From: Octopus bimaculoides | Lineage: Eukaryota | Length of the DNA stretch: 64,000 bases | Direction: 5' to 3' | Assembly: GCF_001194135.2 (NCBI RefSeq) | Contig: NC_068988.1 | Span: 88,720,328-88,784,327 of the forward strand | Shown: positions 63,649-64,000 of the stretch, one piece after another | How positions within the stretch are numbered: the stretch's first letter is position 1 | How the letters are laid out: each line of letters begins with the position of its first letter | The notes under the pieces: model-generated | The model's input: only the letters and a program-made list of their open reading frames with translations | Database searches by the model: none | What the model was told of the DNA's origin: nothing | Made by a program: the position numbers and the translations under genes

Positions 63649-64000
63649 GTGTGTGTGTGTGTGCGTGTGTGTGTGTATGTGTGTGTGTGTGTATATGTAT
63701 GTATATGTATATAAATATATGTATATATACATATATGCATATACGTATTTATTTATATGTATATGTATATATTTATACATATATACATATATATATATAT
63801 ATTTATATATATATGTATATACATCAGTATATAGACGCACACACACTCACACTCATATATAAATATACATTCGCAAATATATATATATATATACACACCA
63901 TCACATACACACCCACATATATAGATATATAGACATATATGCACTTGTAAAAAATGCTAAAATAATTTTATTGTGAAATATATTTTGTAACGTTTAGTAC

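Overview
Eukaryotic, AT-rich, repeat-dense window with about 24 N-gaps, many flanked by (TA)n or (CA)n. The repeat families look like those of an octopod cephalopod; this is recalled knowledge, not checked. Most of it is intronic or intergenic DNA filled with decayed mobile elements. These include Deu/Nin-domain and CORE-like tRNA SINEs, five mariner fragments, one Tigger/pogo relic, a Helentron-type HINE, RTE, R4/Dong, Tx1 and CR1 LINE pieces, and Penelope GIY-YIG remnants. No complete gene is present. One probable host coding exon lies on the minus strand at ~51.4-51.9 kb and encodes a 24-aa periodic motif. The most unusual object is a 446-bp element at 60385-60830: 95-bp palindrome-tipped terminal inverted repeats enclose two tandem tRNA-like units, and the first Pol III-type T-run lies inside the TIR. 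Other highlights are two minimal type-I hammerhead ribozyme folds (40860-40905, 62428-62472), an open RTE-type C-terminus with three C2H2 fingers (35072-35377), and a stack of retroposons separated by (TAA)n arrays (40.8-43.1 kb). All alignments and translations were done by eye; family names come from motif recall.
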